Position numbers and translations under genes: made by a program
Shown: in pieces, positions 1-9,076 of the stretch
How positions within the stretch are numbered: the first letter of the stretch is position 1
How the letters are laid out: each line of letters starts with the position of its first letter
Assembly (NCBI GenBank): GCA_017656255.1
Contig: JACDOE010000003.1
Coordinates: 457 to 64,456 of the forward strand
Length of the DNA: 64,000 bases
Reading direction: 5' to 3'
Origin: Bacillaceae bacterium
Lineage (GTDB): Bacteria > Bacillota > Bacilli > JACDOE01
The notes under the pieces: model-generated
The model's input: only the letters and a program-made list of their open reading frames with translations
What the model was told of the DNA's origin: nothing
Databases searched by the model: none

Positions 1-3000
1 TTTAAAAAGCGCCCTCGATAATTGCCAGATTGCCCGCGGAGACTCTATTAGTTCAACCAGTGAATTGATCCCTGCGTTCACCAGTCCATTAAATAAATTA
101 TCTATCTGATACCATGCTAATTTCCCCGTCGGATCCACATAATTAACCGGATTATTATACGCATACACATACCGGTTCAAACTCAGCGGATTGGTAATAT
201 CCCCCCGCCACTCATCCAGCGACAGGAACCGCCCAATCCTCGGATTATAGTACCTCGCCTGCAGATAATAGAACTGCGTCTTCCGATCCCAGTAATAGTG
301 CGCATAGCGGTACGGATTATACTTCACCAGTTTCGTCGTTATATCTTCTTCCTCTTCGCCTTCCACACTTTCCGTTCCTGCTTCATACACATCTGCCGTG
401 ACCGTTTCCTCTGCAGACGTCGTTTCAATGGTTGTCGTATCACCACTTAACGTCGTATCTTCTTCATTCGTATCTTCAACTGTTAACGTATCACTCGTAC
501 TCTCACTGGTACGATCTTCTGACTCTTTATCCTTCTTGTTCTTCTCCCATCCTTTCGCCTTGCCTCTTCCATTACCCGGATGGAAGTCATAGTCATCATT
601 ATCATCCGTCGGTCCCAGCCGCGAACCCGGTGTCCCGTTTCCGGTGTTCAGGTCGCCGATCCAGCCGATCCCTTCCCGCACGCGTTCGCCATACCGGTTG
701 TACATGTGGGTGACCAGTCCCCACTCGTCGTACTCATAGCGGGCGGCAATGTCCCCGTTTTGATCCGTCAGAGCCACCACATCACCGTGTCCGTTATACA
801 CATACCAGAAGGTTTCCCCTTCATAGGTGATGGACAGCGGTTGTCCGCCTTCATCATAAGTATATTCCGCAATGATGTTGCCGTCCTGGTCCGTTTCTTT
901 CGTGATCTGCCAGGTGTTGCCCTTGTAGTGGTAGTTGATCACCCACTGCGGATTCCCCTGGTGGTTGAACTGGATTTTCTTCGTCCGGCGGCCCTTCGCA
1001 TCATACTCATACTTCTGACCGAAGCCGTCGGGGAACGTCACCTTCACCAGCTGGCCTTTTGCATTCCACTCATAGACACTGCGGCCGTCGGTGGTCATGT
1101 TACCGGCGTCGTCATGATCAAAATCATAGGCTTCGAAACGAATATGGTTGGTCTTGTGCACCAGTTCGTTTCGCTCGTTGTATTCCCAAGTGGTTCCCAG
1201 CACGGTGTAGCCTTTTCCGACTTCACGCACCAGCTTGAACAACTCTTCATGTTCGCCGGGCGGCAGGTTGACTTCCCCGTTGACGATCTGGTCGATCACC
1301 GCCAGGATGTTTTCCACCTGTCCGGTCATGTGTTCATTGGGACCGTCAATCAAACCCAGTTTCTTGTACAGGCCCAGTTTCTTTCCTTTTCCACGTTTGA
1401 GGGCGTTTTCGATCCCTTTTTCAGACGACTTGCCCTTTCCTTTGTTGCTGTTTCCTTTTCCGCCTCCGTTACTGCCTTTGTCTTTACTTTTTCCTCCATC
1501 GCCGGCATTTCCTTTTCCGTTTCCTCCTTTAGCCGCGAAGATCGGCATGGATTCCGGATCGGCAGACGCCAGTTTATGCGCTGACACCTCTTCCGATGTT
1601 AACCGTGCGTCGTCCGGTTGATCCAGCGATGAACTCTTATTGCCTTTTCCTTTTCCGTTACCACCTTTATTTCCTTTGTCGCGCCCTTTGCCTTTACCCT
1701 TGCCTTTTCCTTCGCCCTCACCTTCTGCTTCCAGTTCGCCTTCCTTTCCCTTGATGGCCTGCAACACCATCTCAAGAAGTTGTTCCAGTTCAATCGTTTC
1801 ATGGCGATCCAATTCTTTTCCGCCGATAATGGCGGCGCGCGATGTGCGGTTTCCCGCTCCGTCATAGGTGTAGAGGCGGATGTCTCCTTCCGGCAGGGTG
1901 ACACGGACCAGTTGCTCCCGGCTGTCATATTCATAGGCGAAATGGCGTCCGTTTTCATTGACGGCGGTCACAAAGTCCCGCTTGTTGTGCTCATATTCGT
2001 TGAAGTACAGACTTTCTCCGTTCGGTCCGGTGGTTTCTTTGGTATCGATCAGATGCCCCGGCTTATATTCATAATGTGTAGTCAGTTGATTGGGCCAGAG
2101 CAGATCCTTGATGAAACCATCGGGATCATATTTGTATTCATATTTATAATTTTTGCCGTCAATGTAGGTGGTGGTCAGCCCTCTTTTATCCCGATCATAG
2201 TCCCGGGGCTGTCCGTTGACGATCTCCAGGTCCAGATCACCGTTGTCGTCATATTTGTACTCCATTTCATCTCCGTTCGGGTAAGTGACGGTGGCCACCT
2301 GTCCGTTGTCGTAGTAAGTGTACGTCGTGGTGCCGTCCGGTGTCTTTTCCCATTTGAGAGTGCCGTCATCATAGTATTCATAATCGATCCAGCGGCCGTC
2401 CGAATGTTCTTCATAGGTCAGGCGATGCAGATAATCATAGTCATAGGCGATCCACTGTCCACCCGGTTTCGATTCGTAGACCAGATTACCCGCCGGATCG
2501 TAGTCGAATCGGAACGTGTAGGACACACCGTTTAAGTACATGATTTCCTTCGTTTTCCGGTCAGCATAGTCATACCGGTACATCGTCAATTGGCCGTTGG
2601 GATCAATCTGGGATAACCGGTTTCCATTTTTATCATAACTGTATTCGGTGATCAGCCGATCTTCGTCACCAGGTTCATCAACCCGGACCAGGTTATCACG
2701 TTCATCATAACGATAATAGGTGGTGCCGTAGACAGGCTTGTCCACCGACAACCGGTTGCCGGCGTCATCGTACGTATAGGTGTAAGTCCCTTCCCGCGGC
2801 GTAATTTTTTTCTTTAAACGGCCGGCATCATCATAGGCATACTCTATGCGGTCTCCGCGTTTGTCGGTCTCCCAGACTTTCCGGCCACCGACGTCATAAC
2901 CGAATTGATAGACGTATCCTTCTCCATCTTTTTCATAGATTTTCTGGCCGCGCAGATTATACTCCCGTTCCACATCCCGTCCCAGCGGACGGCGAATGGC

Positions 3001-6000
3001 TTTGACATAACCGGCCGGCGTGTATTCATAGCTCGTCCAGATCCCTTCCGGATCCACTTCTGTTTTCAGTTGTCCTTCTTCATCATAGGTGTAACGGGTC
3101 GTGTTGCCTCGTTCATTAGTAAACCGAATCCGCAGGCCACGGGGATCATACTCATAGCGGCGGGTGACCTTTTCACCGCCGATTCTTTTCCCTTCACGGG
3201 TTTCTTCAATAACTCGGCCTTCTTTATCATAGCCGTACACCGTGATATTTCCCAGCGGATCTTCCTGTACCACCAGGTTTCCCTGGCCGTTATAGGCCAG
3301 CTTCACTTCCGTTTTCGGTGTATCATCAGATTCATTCGCTTCTCCCAATTGTTTAAAGGACGTGACATATCCTTCCCCGTTGTAGCCAAAGATGGCGGCA
3401 TTGCCTTCCTGGTCGATTTCCAGGACACGATTGCCCGCTGTATCAAACGCCATATAACTGACACTATTATCGGGCCACTCCGTCTTGATTTTACGTCCGG
3501 AGACATCATAAACATATTCATATTCACGAATTTCCAGATCTCCGTTTCGATCATTGTATTCTTTTTTCAACGTCATCCGGCCGTGATCGTCATAATCATA
3601 GCGGATTTTCAGTCCGGAAGGCTCTTCCAATTTCTCCAGTTGTCCCAGGGCGTTAAAGTCATATTCCGTCACGGCATAATTGTTGCCGTCCAGCTGCTCA
3701 CGCACTTTTTTCTTGTTGCCCCAGGCGTCGTAATCATAGTCCACCCGCTGTGTTTTGCCATCACGGGTGACCTGTTCGATGGTATAGTCCAGTTGTTCAT
3801 ACTGGTTGTAAACATACTGTTTGGTTTTGCCTTCCTCGTTGACATGTCTGGTGATTTTACCAAACACATCGTACTCATAGGTTTCCTCTTCATTGGACGG
3901 ATGAATGGTTTTCACGACATTGCCCTGCGTATCATAGACCGTTGTCGTCTCGTGATAGACCAGCTCCCCGTCTTCATCAAAGGCAGGCGTAAGGGTCACG
4001 GTGGTCAGGCCTTCGTAGCGGTACTCGGTGGTGTACCCTTCCGCATCTGTCTCAGTCAAGATTCTTCCTCTGGCATCGTAGGTATACGAGCGAGTTCCAA
4101 GCACTTCATGACCGGGATAGATGGGATCGTCAGTGCCGGACTTCAGCTGTTCCCCGTCCCACTCCGGAATCGGGCCGCCGAAGGTTTCTGTTTGGACCTG
4201 GCCGTTTTTATCATAGGTATAACGGGTCCAGGATCCTTCCGGTGTTTTTTCTTCAATTAATTGGCCGATGGCATTATACCGGTATTCACTGACCAGAACC
4301 TGAGGCTCTGTTTCTTCCCAGTCAAAGGGAATTTCGTCATGAAGATGAACCGAGCGGTACTCCTTTTCTATGACCCGGCGATCCCACAGATCATACACAT
4401 ACTCCGTTTTTCCCCCGTCGGGGCTGGTGACGCTTTTCAGGCGCCCGTATTCATCATACTCATAGTCCGTCGTCCACTCGCCGGGATCCGTGGTTACTTT
4501 ATCCCGTTCGCCGGCCAGGTTGTACACGGTGGTGATCGTTTCTCCCACCGGATTTTTTTCCTCGATTAACAGGCCTCGGTTATCATACTTGTACTTATAG
4601 ACCAGAGGTTGTTCGGATGACCCAACCGGTTTTGATCTTTCCTCGGTCACATTCCCCATGCCATCCACTGTGTATGTGGTTTCCAGGGTTTCAGAGGTAC
4701 GGGTGATCTGGTGCCCCCCCTCATCATAGGTGTAAGCCATCGATTCCCTGCGGGTCTGGGCGCTCTTTTTGTCATACTGGACATGGGTCTGTACCTGTCC
4801 GAGTGTGTTGTAAGTCCATTCCTCAATCAGGCCATTGGGATGCTCGGCATAGATCCGCTGCCCCCGGTTGTTATACCGGTAGGTTGACGTTTTAGGCGTG
4901 CTGGAATCCGGATACAGGGTTTCCGAGATCCGGTTTCCGTTTTCATCGTACTGGTATGCATATTCCGCCTGATCCATGGCTCCGTCGCCGCTGGTATCAT
5001 AGCCATACCGGAGCAGATTTCCTTCCGCGTCATATTGATAGAGCGTGCTGTTTCCTTCACCATCCCGTTTTTCAATCAACAGTCCCCGGTCATCGTAATA
5101 TTTGGCCGTTACGATCTGGTACGGAGTGGTGCGGCCAAACGGATCACTGACATACTGTACTTTGACCATGGCCGTCAACTTTTTGCCGCTGGTGACCGGA
5201 ATATACTCCACCCGGTAGTCGTAAGGCTGTCCGCTTTCACGAATCAGATCATTATATTCGTTATACGAATAGGTCATGACGCGTCCTGCCGGGCTCCGCA
5301 TCATGGAGAGGCGATCCCGGTCATCATACTGGTACTGGGTCGTCCGCCCCAGCGGATCCGTGATTTTGACCAGGTTATTGCCGTCATAGAGATAATGGGT
5401 TTCGGCCGTTTCCAGGCCGTTTTCCGTTTCGACGACCTGTCTTTTCAGAGCGGGGCGTCCCTGTTCATCCCAGTGCCATTCATATTGGCCCAGGGGATTC
5501 ATGACGACGGCATACCCATCTTGATACCGGGCGCCGATAAATTCTTCGACCCCATCCTGGCTCCGGGTCATACTGATCCGTTCAATCCGGTTCTCACTCC
5601 CGTATTGCCAGGTGGTGGTCACCTGTCTGGCGTCAGTCACGGTATGGAGGCGGTTCAATTCATCATAGGTAAACGTGGTGGTATATCCCATCACATCGGT
5701 ATAGGTGTTGAGACGGCCCTGTTCGTCATAACCGAATCCAATTGAGCGCGTCGTTCCCGCTTCCGGACCGGGCGCTTCAATCTTTTCCAGACGCCCGGTT
5801 TCCTCATTGTAATGAAACACGATTTTATGATTTTGTGTGGTGGTGAGGATTTCCTTCAGCCGGTAATTCATGCGCAGGTATTCCGGCACTTCTTCATACT
5901 TGTAGTCGATATAATTTCCGTAACGGTCATGATGCTGCAAAATGCGGCCGTCCGGTGTAAACAGGTCGTAGGAGAGATCCTCCCAGGTGATCAGATACTG

Positions 6001-7446
6001 ATCTTTTTCATTGCGGCTTAATTGCGGATAATACTGTTGCTGTCCGCCGACATAGGTGGTATAGGACGAACCGTTTTTTTCAAACCGGTACCTGGTCCCG
6101 TCTGTGGCGATCCAGCTTACCGTACCGTCAGGCCACAGGGTGAGGGTACTGTCGAAATTAAGCGTCCATCCGTACCCCAGCCAGCCTTTGCGCCTGTTTT
6201 GATGGTTGTACACCAGTGTCGCATTCAGATCCAGTCCGATACTCGGCTGGGTAAAACCTTCAAACTCCTGCATCGCATTGCCGCTGAACAGATTGAGGGT
6301 GACATACTTGCCGGCCACCTCTCCGGACGCCTGCGGCCAGAAGGACTGATCCCCCATATGGGCCAGCACTGGATAAGCAGCGACGGTTTCCACCGTCTCA
6401 TTTCCCGCATAGTCCCGGATGGTGATAGACAGTTGCTCTTCCTGCGAACGGACGGCTGCCACCGCATGCAGCGGGTGGTCATCCATCGCGTGTTCCGACG
6501 GGCTTCCGCTTGTCTTTAACCGGTTGAGGCCGCTGACCTCATCGCGCATTTCAATCCCCAGTTGTTCACCCATATCATGGACGGCGATCAGGGCCGGAGC
6601 TTCCCGGTCCAGAATTATCTTGTTGTATTCCGGTGCATAACCGGGGGCGGTTTTGGTGACATAATCAGCCGTATCCTCTTCATCTTCCGGAGGAATTCGG
6701 AAGGTGACCGAGACGGATTCTGCTTTGAGATACCATTCATAGATGCCGTCCGGTACGTCCTGTCCGCTGACATCTTTTCCGTTCCAGGTGAAGGTGTTGG
6801 TTCCGCTGTGATTGGTCTGGGTTCCCCGAATCTGGTAAGTCGCATCGGTTCTCAAGTCATGCACATAGATGGAGACCGGGTACCCGTTTGGGGCATTCGT
6901 CGGATCTCCTTCCTGGGCATTCACCCAGCTGGACAGACGGTCATTCCAGGAAAAGGTGACCGATGTTTCACCCTGTCCCACCGGTGAAAAGGCTTCTGTA
7001 CTCTGCCCGGACACACTCAGGTAACTTCCGCCGCCTCCAGAGCGGGGCAGAAGATCCGGCATTTCTCCATCATTAAAAACCTGTACGCCGTCCAGCTCAT
7101 GGGGTTTGGGTGGTGTTTTATCCACGACCGGTTCCGGCCAGGGGGGAGCCGGTTGCTGAAGCAGTTGTTGCAGGTCGTTATCTGCTTCTGCTGTCATGGT
7201 ATTGGTTGTGTCCGTTTGCACAGTCTGCTCATCGCTTCCGCTGGTATCCGTGTCGGCGGCGACCAGCAGATTCTCCAGTTTGTCATAGGTGGTTTCCGCT
7301 GCACGGGCAGTAGATGTAAAGATGGCGAGCCAGCTGTCGGACGGAAGCAGGCCGAAGACAAGGGTGAAACTTAACACCCATGCCAGCCCGTTCCGCAGCA
7401 GGCGGCGCCATAATCGGCGTTTTTTGACATGATGATTCATGTTCAT
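1..7446 (-). CDS. Secreted RHS/YD-repeat polymorphic toxin precursor (2482 codons visible; C-terminal toxin tip runs off the left edge)
   Basis: Hand translation from ATG 7446 (SD GGAGAGGAG 8 nt upstream) gives signal peptide MNMNHHVKKRRLWRRLL..FTSTARA and an FlgD-Ig-like FTWNGKDVSGQDVPDGIYEW. Many YD repeats follow (YDxxGRL/NRL). RHS core YRYAHYYWDRKTQFYYLQARYYNPRIGRFLSLDEW..NPVNYVDPTGK lies at ~106-330. 7446 nt is exactly 2482 codons down to base 1. I translated 7446->~5200 and ~1990->1 directly. For the middle I rely on all listed minus ORFs being in another frame and on the track omitting ORFs without an in-window stop. The listed plus-strand ORFs 398-7374 look like antisense artefacts. 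Confidence 0.9.
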   Translation of the reverse strand, partial: MNMNHHVKKRRLWRRLLRNGLAWVLSFTLVFGLLPSDSWLAIFTSTARAAETTYDKLENLLVAADTDTSGSDEQTVQTDTTNTMTAEADNDLQQLLQQPAPPWPEPVVDKTPPKPHELDGVQVFNDGEMPDLLPRSGGGGSYLSVSGQSTEAFSPVGQGETSVTFSWNDRLSSWVNAQEGDPTNAPNGYPVSIYVHDLRTDATYQIRGTQTNHSGTNTFTWNGKDVSGQDVPDGIYEWYLKAESVSVTFRIPPEDEEDTADYVTKTAPGYAPEYNKIILDREAPALIAVHDMGEQLGIEMRDEVSGLNRLKTSGSPSEHAMDDHPLHAVAAVRSQEEQLSITIRDYAGNETVETVAAYPVLAHMGDQSFWPQASGEVAGKYVTLNLFSGNAMQEFEGFTQPSIGLDLNATLVYNHQNRRKGWLGYGWTLNFDSTLTLWPDGTVSWIATDGTRYRFEKNGSSYTTYVGGQQQYYPQLSRNEKDQYLITWEDLSYDLFTPDGRILQHHDRYGNYIDYKYEEVPEYLRMNYRLKEILTTTQNHKIVFHYNEETGRLEKIEAPGPEAGTTRSIGFGYDEQGRLNTYTDVMGYTTTFTYDELNRLHTVTDARQVTTTWQYGSENRIERISMTRSQDGVEEFIGARYQDGYAVVMNPLGQYEWHWDEQGRPALKRQVVETENGLETAETHYLYDGNNLVKITDPLGRTTQYQYDDRDRLSMMRSPAGRVMTYSYNEYNDLIRESGQPYDYRVEYIPVTSGKKLTAMVKVQYVSDPFGRTTPYQIVTAKYYDDRGLLIEKRDGEGNSTLYQYDAEGNLLRYGYDTSGDGAMDQAEYAYQYDENGNRISETLYPDSSTPKTSTYRYNNRGQRIYAEHPNGLIEEWTYNTLGQVQTHVQYDKKSAQTRRESMAYTYDEGGHQITRTSETLETTYTVDGMGNVTEERSKPVGSSEQPLVYKYKYDNRGLLIEEKNPVGETITTVYNLAGERDKVTTDPGEWTTDYEYDEYGRLKSVTSPDGGKTEYVYDLWDRRVIEKEYRSVHLHDEIPFDWEETEPQVLVSEYRYNAIGQLIEEKTPEGSWTRYTYDKNGQVQTETFGGPIPEWDGEQLKSGTDDPIYPGHEVLGTRSYTYDARGRILTETDAEGYTTEYRYEGLTTVTLTPAFDEDGELVYHETTTVYDTQGNVVKTIHPSNEEETYEYDVFGKITRHVNEEGKTKQYVYNQYEQLDYTIEQVTRDGKTQRVDYDYDAWGNKKKVREQLDGNNYAVTEYDFNALGQLEKLEEPSGLKIRYDYDDHGRMTLKKEYNDRNGDLEIREYEYVYDVSGRKIKTEWPDNSVSYMAFDTAGNRVLEIDQEGNAAIFGYNGEGYVTSFKQLGEANESDDTPKTEVKLAYNGQGNLVVQEDPLGNITVYGYDKEGRVIEETREGKRIGGEKVTRRYEYDPRGLRIRFTNERGNTTRYTYDEEGQLKTEVDPEGIWTSYEYTPAGYVKAIRRPLGRDVEREYNLRGQKIYEKDGEGYVYQFGYDVGGRKVWETDKRGDRIEYAYDDAGRLKKKITPREGTYTYTYDDAGNRLSVDKPVYGTTYYRYDERDNLVRVDEPGDEDRLITEYSYDKNGNRLSQIDPNGQLTMYRYDYADRKTKEIMYLNGVSYTFRFDYDPAGNLVYESKPGGQWIAYDYDYLHRLTYEEHSDGRWIDYEYYDDGTLKWEKTPDGTTTYTYYDNGQVATVTYPNGDEMEYKYDDNGDLDLEIVNGQPRDYDRDKRGLTTTYIDGKNYKYEYKYDPDGFIKDLLWPNQLTTHYEYKPGHLIDTKETTGPNGESLYFNEYEHNKRDFVTAVNENGRHFAYEYDSREQLVRVTLPEGDIRLYTYDGAGNRTSRAAIIGGKELDRHETIELEQLLEMVLQAIKGKEGELEAEGEGEGKGKGKGKGRDKGNKGGNGKGKGNKSSSLDQPDDARLTSEEVSAHKLASADPESMPIFAAKGGNGKGNAGDGGKSKDKGSNGGGKGNSNKGKGKSSEKGIENALKRGKGKKLGLYKKLGLIDGPNEHMTGQVENILAVIDQIVNGEVNLPPGEHEELFKLVREVGKGYTVLGTTWEYNERNELVHKTNHIRFEAYDFDHDDAGNMTTDGRSVYEWNAKGQLVKVTFPDGFGQKYEYDAKGRRTKKIQFNHQGNPQWVINYHYKGNTWQITKETDQDGNIIAEYTYDEGGQPLSITYEGETFWYVYNGHGDVVALTDQNGDIAARYEYDEWGLVTHMYNRYGERVREGIGWIGDLNTGNGTPGSRLGPTDDNDDYDFHPGNGRGKAKGWEKNKKDKESEDRTSESTSDTLTVEDTNEEDTTLSGDTTTIETTSAEETVTADVYEAGTESVEGEEEEDITTKLVKYNPYRYAHYYWDRKTQFYYLQARYYNPRIGRFLSLDEWRGDITNPLSLNRYVYAYNNPVNYVDPTGKLAWYQIDNLFNGLVNAGINSLVELIESPRAIWQLSRALFK

Positions 7447-7494
7447 TTTGCAATCTCCTCTCCTGATTTTGATTAATCTGAATCTCATAAGAAT

Positions 7495-7535
7495 AGAAAA
7501 AGGTCCCTGATGCCGGGAAAAAGCAATCAGGGACC
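7495..7535 (-). terminator. Intrinsic terminator inside the RHS 5' leader (possible riboswitch expression platform)
   Basis: Minus strand reads GGUCCCUGAU-N14-AUCAGGGACC followed by UUUUUCUAUUCUU. It lies ~50 nt upstream of the RHS SD/ATG. Confidence 0.6.
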
Positions 7536-7583
7536 GTGAATACAGAGATATGATGTTAACACCATGAAGTTTAGAACCTTATC

Positions 7584-7684
7584 TCCGGTACGGCAGCAGG
7601 GCAGTCATGGCCGTCGGCTGGCGGCGGCTTTAGACTCCCGGCTTTGTGTCGCCTCCTTTCGGCAGACGAAACCTTTTCTCCGGA
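7584..7684 (-). promoter_or_regulatory. Candidate c-di-GMP-I (GEMM-I) riboswitch aptamer
   Basis: Minus-strand RNA reads UCCGGAGAAAAGGUUUCGUCUGCC-GAAA-GGAGGCGACACAAAGCCGGGAGUCUAAAGCC..GACUGCCCUGCUGCCGUACCGGA. The GAAA..GACaCAAAGCC..CUAAA core resembles the Vc2 aptamer as I remember it. P1 can form as UCCGG/CCGGA. The 5' junction deviates from the GGCAAACC consensus. Confidence 0.5.
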
Positions 7685-7906
7685 ATCAACGTTCTTAGGT
7701 CTTAGGACTTTTTTCTTAATTTTTCCTTTGTATAAATTACCAGATACACTTCCATAATTCAACATTTTTCTGCAAATTTATCATTAATTTTTTAATTTAC
7801 CTGTTAAAACGTGTTATAAATGGGGATTGTTATGTTGAGCCGGTGGTGAAAGGTGATAAGTTGGAGGTTGGAGGTGAGAGGTCAAAAGCTGACGGCCGGA
7901 TTTGGG

Positions 7907-8128
7907 ATAGCGGAATTTTTTTCCGCTATTATGCGGTTTTCCTCGATTTTTTAATAAATAGGTGAGAAAATTTCCGCTATGTGCCTCAATTAAAAATTAT
8001 GCGAAGTATTCGACCCTATTAGCGGAACATTTTCCCCCTATTATTTGGAATCTCCCGCGTTTTGGAGAAATAGAGGAACAAACTTCCGTTACATATTGCG
8101 GTCCTTGATATGATTCGAGGTATTCGAC
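7907..8128. repeat. Hairpin/dyad-module array, locus L1 (4 modules)
   Basis: Modules: ATAGCGGAAtttttttCCGCTAT, AATAGGTGAGAAAATTTCCGCTAT, ATTAGCGGAACATTTTCCCCCTATT, AATAGAGGAACAAACTTCCGTTAC. Box ATTATGCGAAGTATTCGACC at 7996-8015 sits between modules 2 and 3. The same architecture recurs at 16341, 31497 and 43650. Confidence 0.85.
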
Positions 8129-8340
8129 GCACCTCCTCTTTATCATCCAGTCACTTCTAACCCTGATGCATCACCTGTAGATTCAATTACCATGTTCCCC
8201 CTGACTCTCTCTTCCGTTTTTTCATGATCACCCTAAAACAACCCTGCGGTATCCGACTCGTCTGAGCCGGTAGCAGGGCTGATGGGAAAGGTATTGGCGG
8301 GTATAATGATATGAGTCCGAAATTTCTAGAAGACCTGGGA

Positions 8341-8868
8341 TCAAAAGTCAATGCCATGGAATCCACCTAAAATCCGCGGATCATAATCAAGTTCCGCTGC
8401 AATCGTTTCCTGATGCCCGACACCATCTGAAGTTCTCCAGTGAATGATGAAATACGTGCGCTCAACAAGATCACGGACACCCAATTCATCCGGCGGATAT
8501 GAACTTCTACCCCCTGTCACAAAAGAGGCGTTGTCGTCTAAACGGTCAGCTGAGACACTATAACTGGAGTGAGGGGTGGCACCATCCTTAAAATAATCAT
8601 AGACGTCCACTTTGATTCTCCCGGTTAATTGATTGGGATCCCCTAAATACGTCACGTTTGCACTCCCCTGCATGGCTCCATGACCGGATATCCGTACAAA
8701 TTCATAGTCTGTGATATTCCAGTGTTCTCCCTGTCCCTTCATCTTAAGAAAATAACTATTGTTATGGATTGTAGTCGGGAAATAAACCTTGACGACAGTG
8801 AATGTTAGTAAATTGGTTAAGATTATAATGCCAATCATCCATTTTATATCGATTTTCATGTCCGCCAT
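8341..8868 (-). CDS. Hypothetical membrane-anchored protein (N-terminal TM helix)
   Basis: 175-aa ORF with N-terminal hydrophobic segment WMIGIIILTNLLTFTVV. AT-rich by eye. I recognise no family. Confidence 0.55.
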   Translation of the reverse strand: MADMKIDIKWMIGIIILTNLLTFTVVKVYFPTTIHNNSYFLKMKGQGEHWNITDYEFVRISGHGAMQGSANVTYLGDPNQLTGRIKVDVYDYFKDGATPHSSYSVSADRLDDNASFVTGGRSSYPPDELGVRDLVERTYFIIHWRTSDGVGHQETIAAELDYDPRILGGFHGIDF

Positions 8869-9076
8869 CCTTTTAAGCTAATTTTTCCATCATATACGGA
8901 TTGTTTTATTATATTATATTTTTGTTACCTGAATTTTGAAATGCTTGCCTCCAATCTTTAGCACCAGGGCATGGCCTTCTGTTACACCCATACCCGCGAG
9001 TATGGATGTAACAAAAACACCCCTGCGACTCGACGCAATCAGTCACAGAGGCAGACCGTAAACCCTTTCGACATCC

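Noticed and set aside
398-7374. About 20 plus-strand ORFs in the track (e.g. 580-1584, 2905-4260), rich in Ile/Val/Phe/Arg.
   Set aside because: They are antisense to the uninterrupted RHS frame and show composition typical of reverse-strand YD repeats. The short minus-strand ORFs listed there are all in the same wrong frame relative to ATG 7446.
7907-8128. The ~23-bp palindromic modules spaced ~50-60 bp apart look superficially like a small CRISPR array. The same applies at 16341, 31497 and 43650.
   Set aside because: The repeats are degenerate rather than near-identical. The 'spacers' are conserved between loci, including the ATTATGCGAAGTATTCGAC box. Arrays have only 2-5 units, and there are no cas genes or leader in the window.
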